Shown: positions 63,200 to 64,000 of the stretch, piece by piece
Numbering within the stretch: the stretch's first letter is position 1
Layout of the letters: every line of letters starts with the position of its first letter
NCBI RefSeq assembly: GCF_036971445.1
Contig: NC_091473.1
Span: 206,646,001 to 206,710,000 of the forward strand
Length of the DNA stretch: 64,000 bases
Direction of reading: 5' to 3'
Source: Narcine bancroftii
Lineage: Eukaryota
The notes under the pieces: model-generated
The model's database searches: none
What the model was told of the DNA's origin: nothing
What the model saw: the letters and a program-made list of their open reading frames with translations, nothing else
Program-made: the position numbers and the translations under genes

Positions 63200-63937
63200 T
63201 CTGGTCGTTTATCTGCTTCAGCTTGTCGTGTGATTGAATGCGTTACTGTAATAACCAGAAGAGCCATTGCATTCAAATGCAAAGACACTAAAACTTGAAT
63301 TATGTTTCACTGTGGACAATCTTCGGTTACCTATCTCGGCATCCTTCGCTTCAGTACCACTGCTCAGGTTCCAGAGTCTCTTGCGATCCCTACTAGCAAA
63401 TAAAATGCGCCTGACTTTGTGTGTGTTCAAAAAATAACCAAAATGGAAGCAATGAGGTTAAGAGCTGTTCCGTCCTATAAAATGTTAACAATGCTGGTTT
63501 CACGTACAAATGTTATAAAGCAATCCATGGGACGCATTCCAGGTTGCCCAACGACGATAACGTTTGCAAAAGCACAATTAACGTTTTTTTTTACAAGAAG
63601 AAGGTTATCATCATGATGACATACATGACGTTTCTTTTAGTGCAGTATTTGGTTATAATGTTCTGAGTAGAAATAACCACAAAACGATCGAAGCTGAAAG
63701 CGACAGTTAACTAAATGGAATAATTTGTGGTAGCAGGAGCCAAGAACAGAATGCATCTGCACACTTCATGGTAAAATAGGAACGAGTTAAACTAATAAAG
63801 GTTGGCAAGTCAGTTCAGTATTACCTCGCAAAAAAACACCAAGACTTCCTCTGTCGCCATGGACTGGAGGTAACATATGATACATTTGGAGAGACCACAC
63901 TTCCTTCGCGAAAGAATCACAATTGCCATCACGTTTA
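63200..63937 (-). pseudogene. GPR139/GPR142-like class A GPCR pseudogene, main coding exon (TM1-ICL3)
   Basis: After the acceptor TTTCTGTCCTAG: (V)NVMAIVILSRRKCGLSKCIICYLQSMATEEVLVFFCEVILN*LANLY*FNSFLFYHEVCRCILFLAPATTNYSI*LTVAFSFDRF(63689-81)VVISTQNIITKYCTKR. After frameshifts: NTHKVRRILFASRDRKRL...KDAEIGNRR (ORF 63218-63430). Multiple stops. Confidence 0.85.
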
Positions 63938-64000
63938 CTAGGACAGAAATAAAAGTGAAACATGATCAGCGTTATGCCGAACTGTCCCCTAAATATGAAT

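Noticed and set aside
63308-63314. CACAGTG on the minus strand
   Set aside because: It is inside the GPCR pseudogene and has no nonamer.

Overview
This is eukaryotic vertebrate DNA dominated by transposable elements. The TE families, the TCR V sequence and the GPR139-like sequence suggest a cartilaginous fish (inference). Most of the window is nested TEs: several L1 LINEs (one full-length and intact at 46253-52295), five copies of one RTE/BovB-like LINE, CR1 and Rex1 relics, four Ty3/Gypsy elements (one Gmr1-type with PR-IN-RT-RH order), two endogenous retrovirus remnants, a probable solo LTR, and a hAT transposon with MITEs. There are two assembly gaps. The host-derived content lies between the TEs and is almost entirely missed by the ORF track. 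It comprises a T-cell receptor alpha/delta-type V pseudogene with leader exon and near-perfect 23-RSS (18572-19045), a second very decayed V relic with a ghost 23-RSS (~12606-12757), and a GPR139/GPR142-like GPCR pseudogene exon (63200-63937, minus). No intact host protein-coding gene was found, and I cannot support a wholly new biological system. The best leads are the TCR-V/GPR139-like neighbourhood, a TSD-flanked non-autonomous RTE derivative, a candidate L1 antisense promoter/splice-donor module and an ERV with a minimal env.
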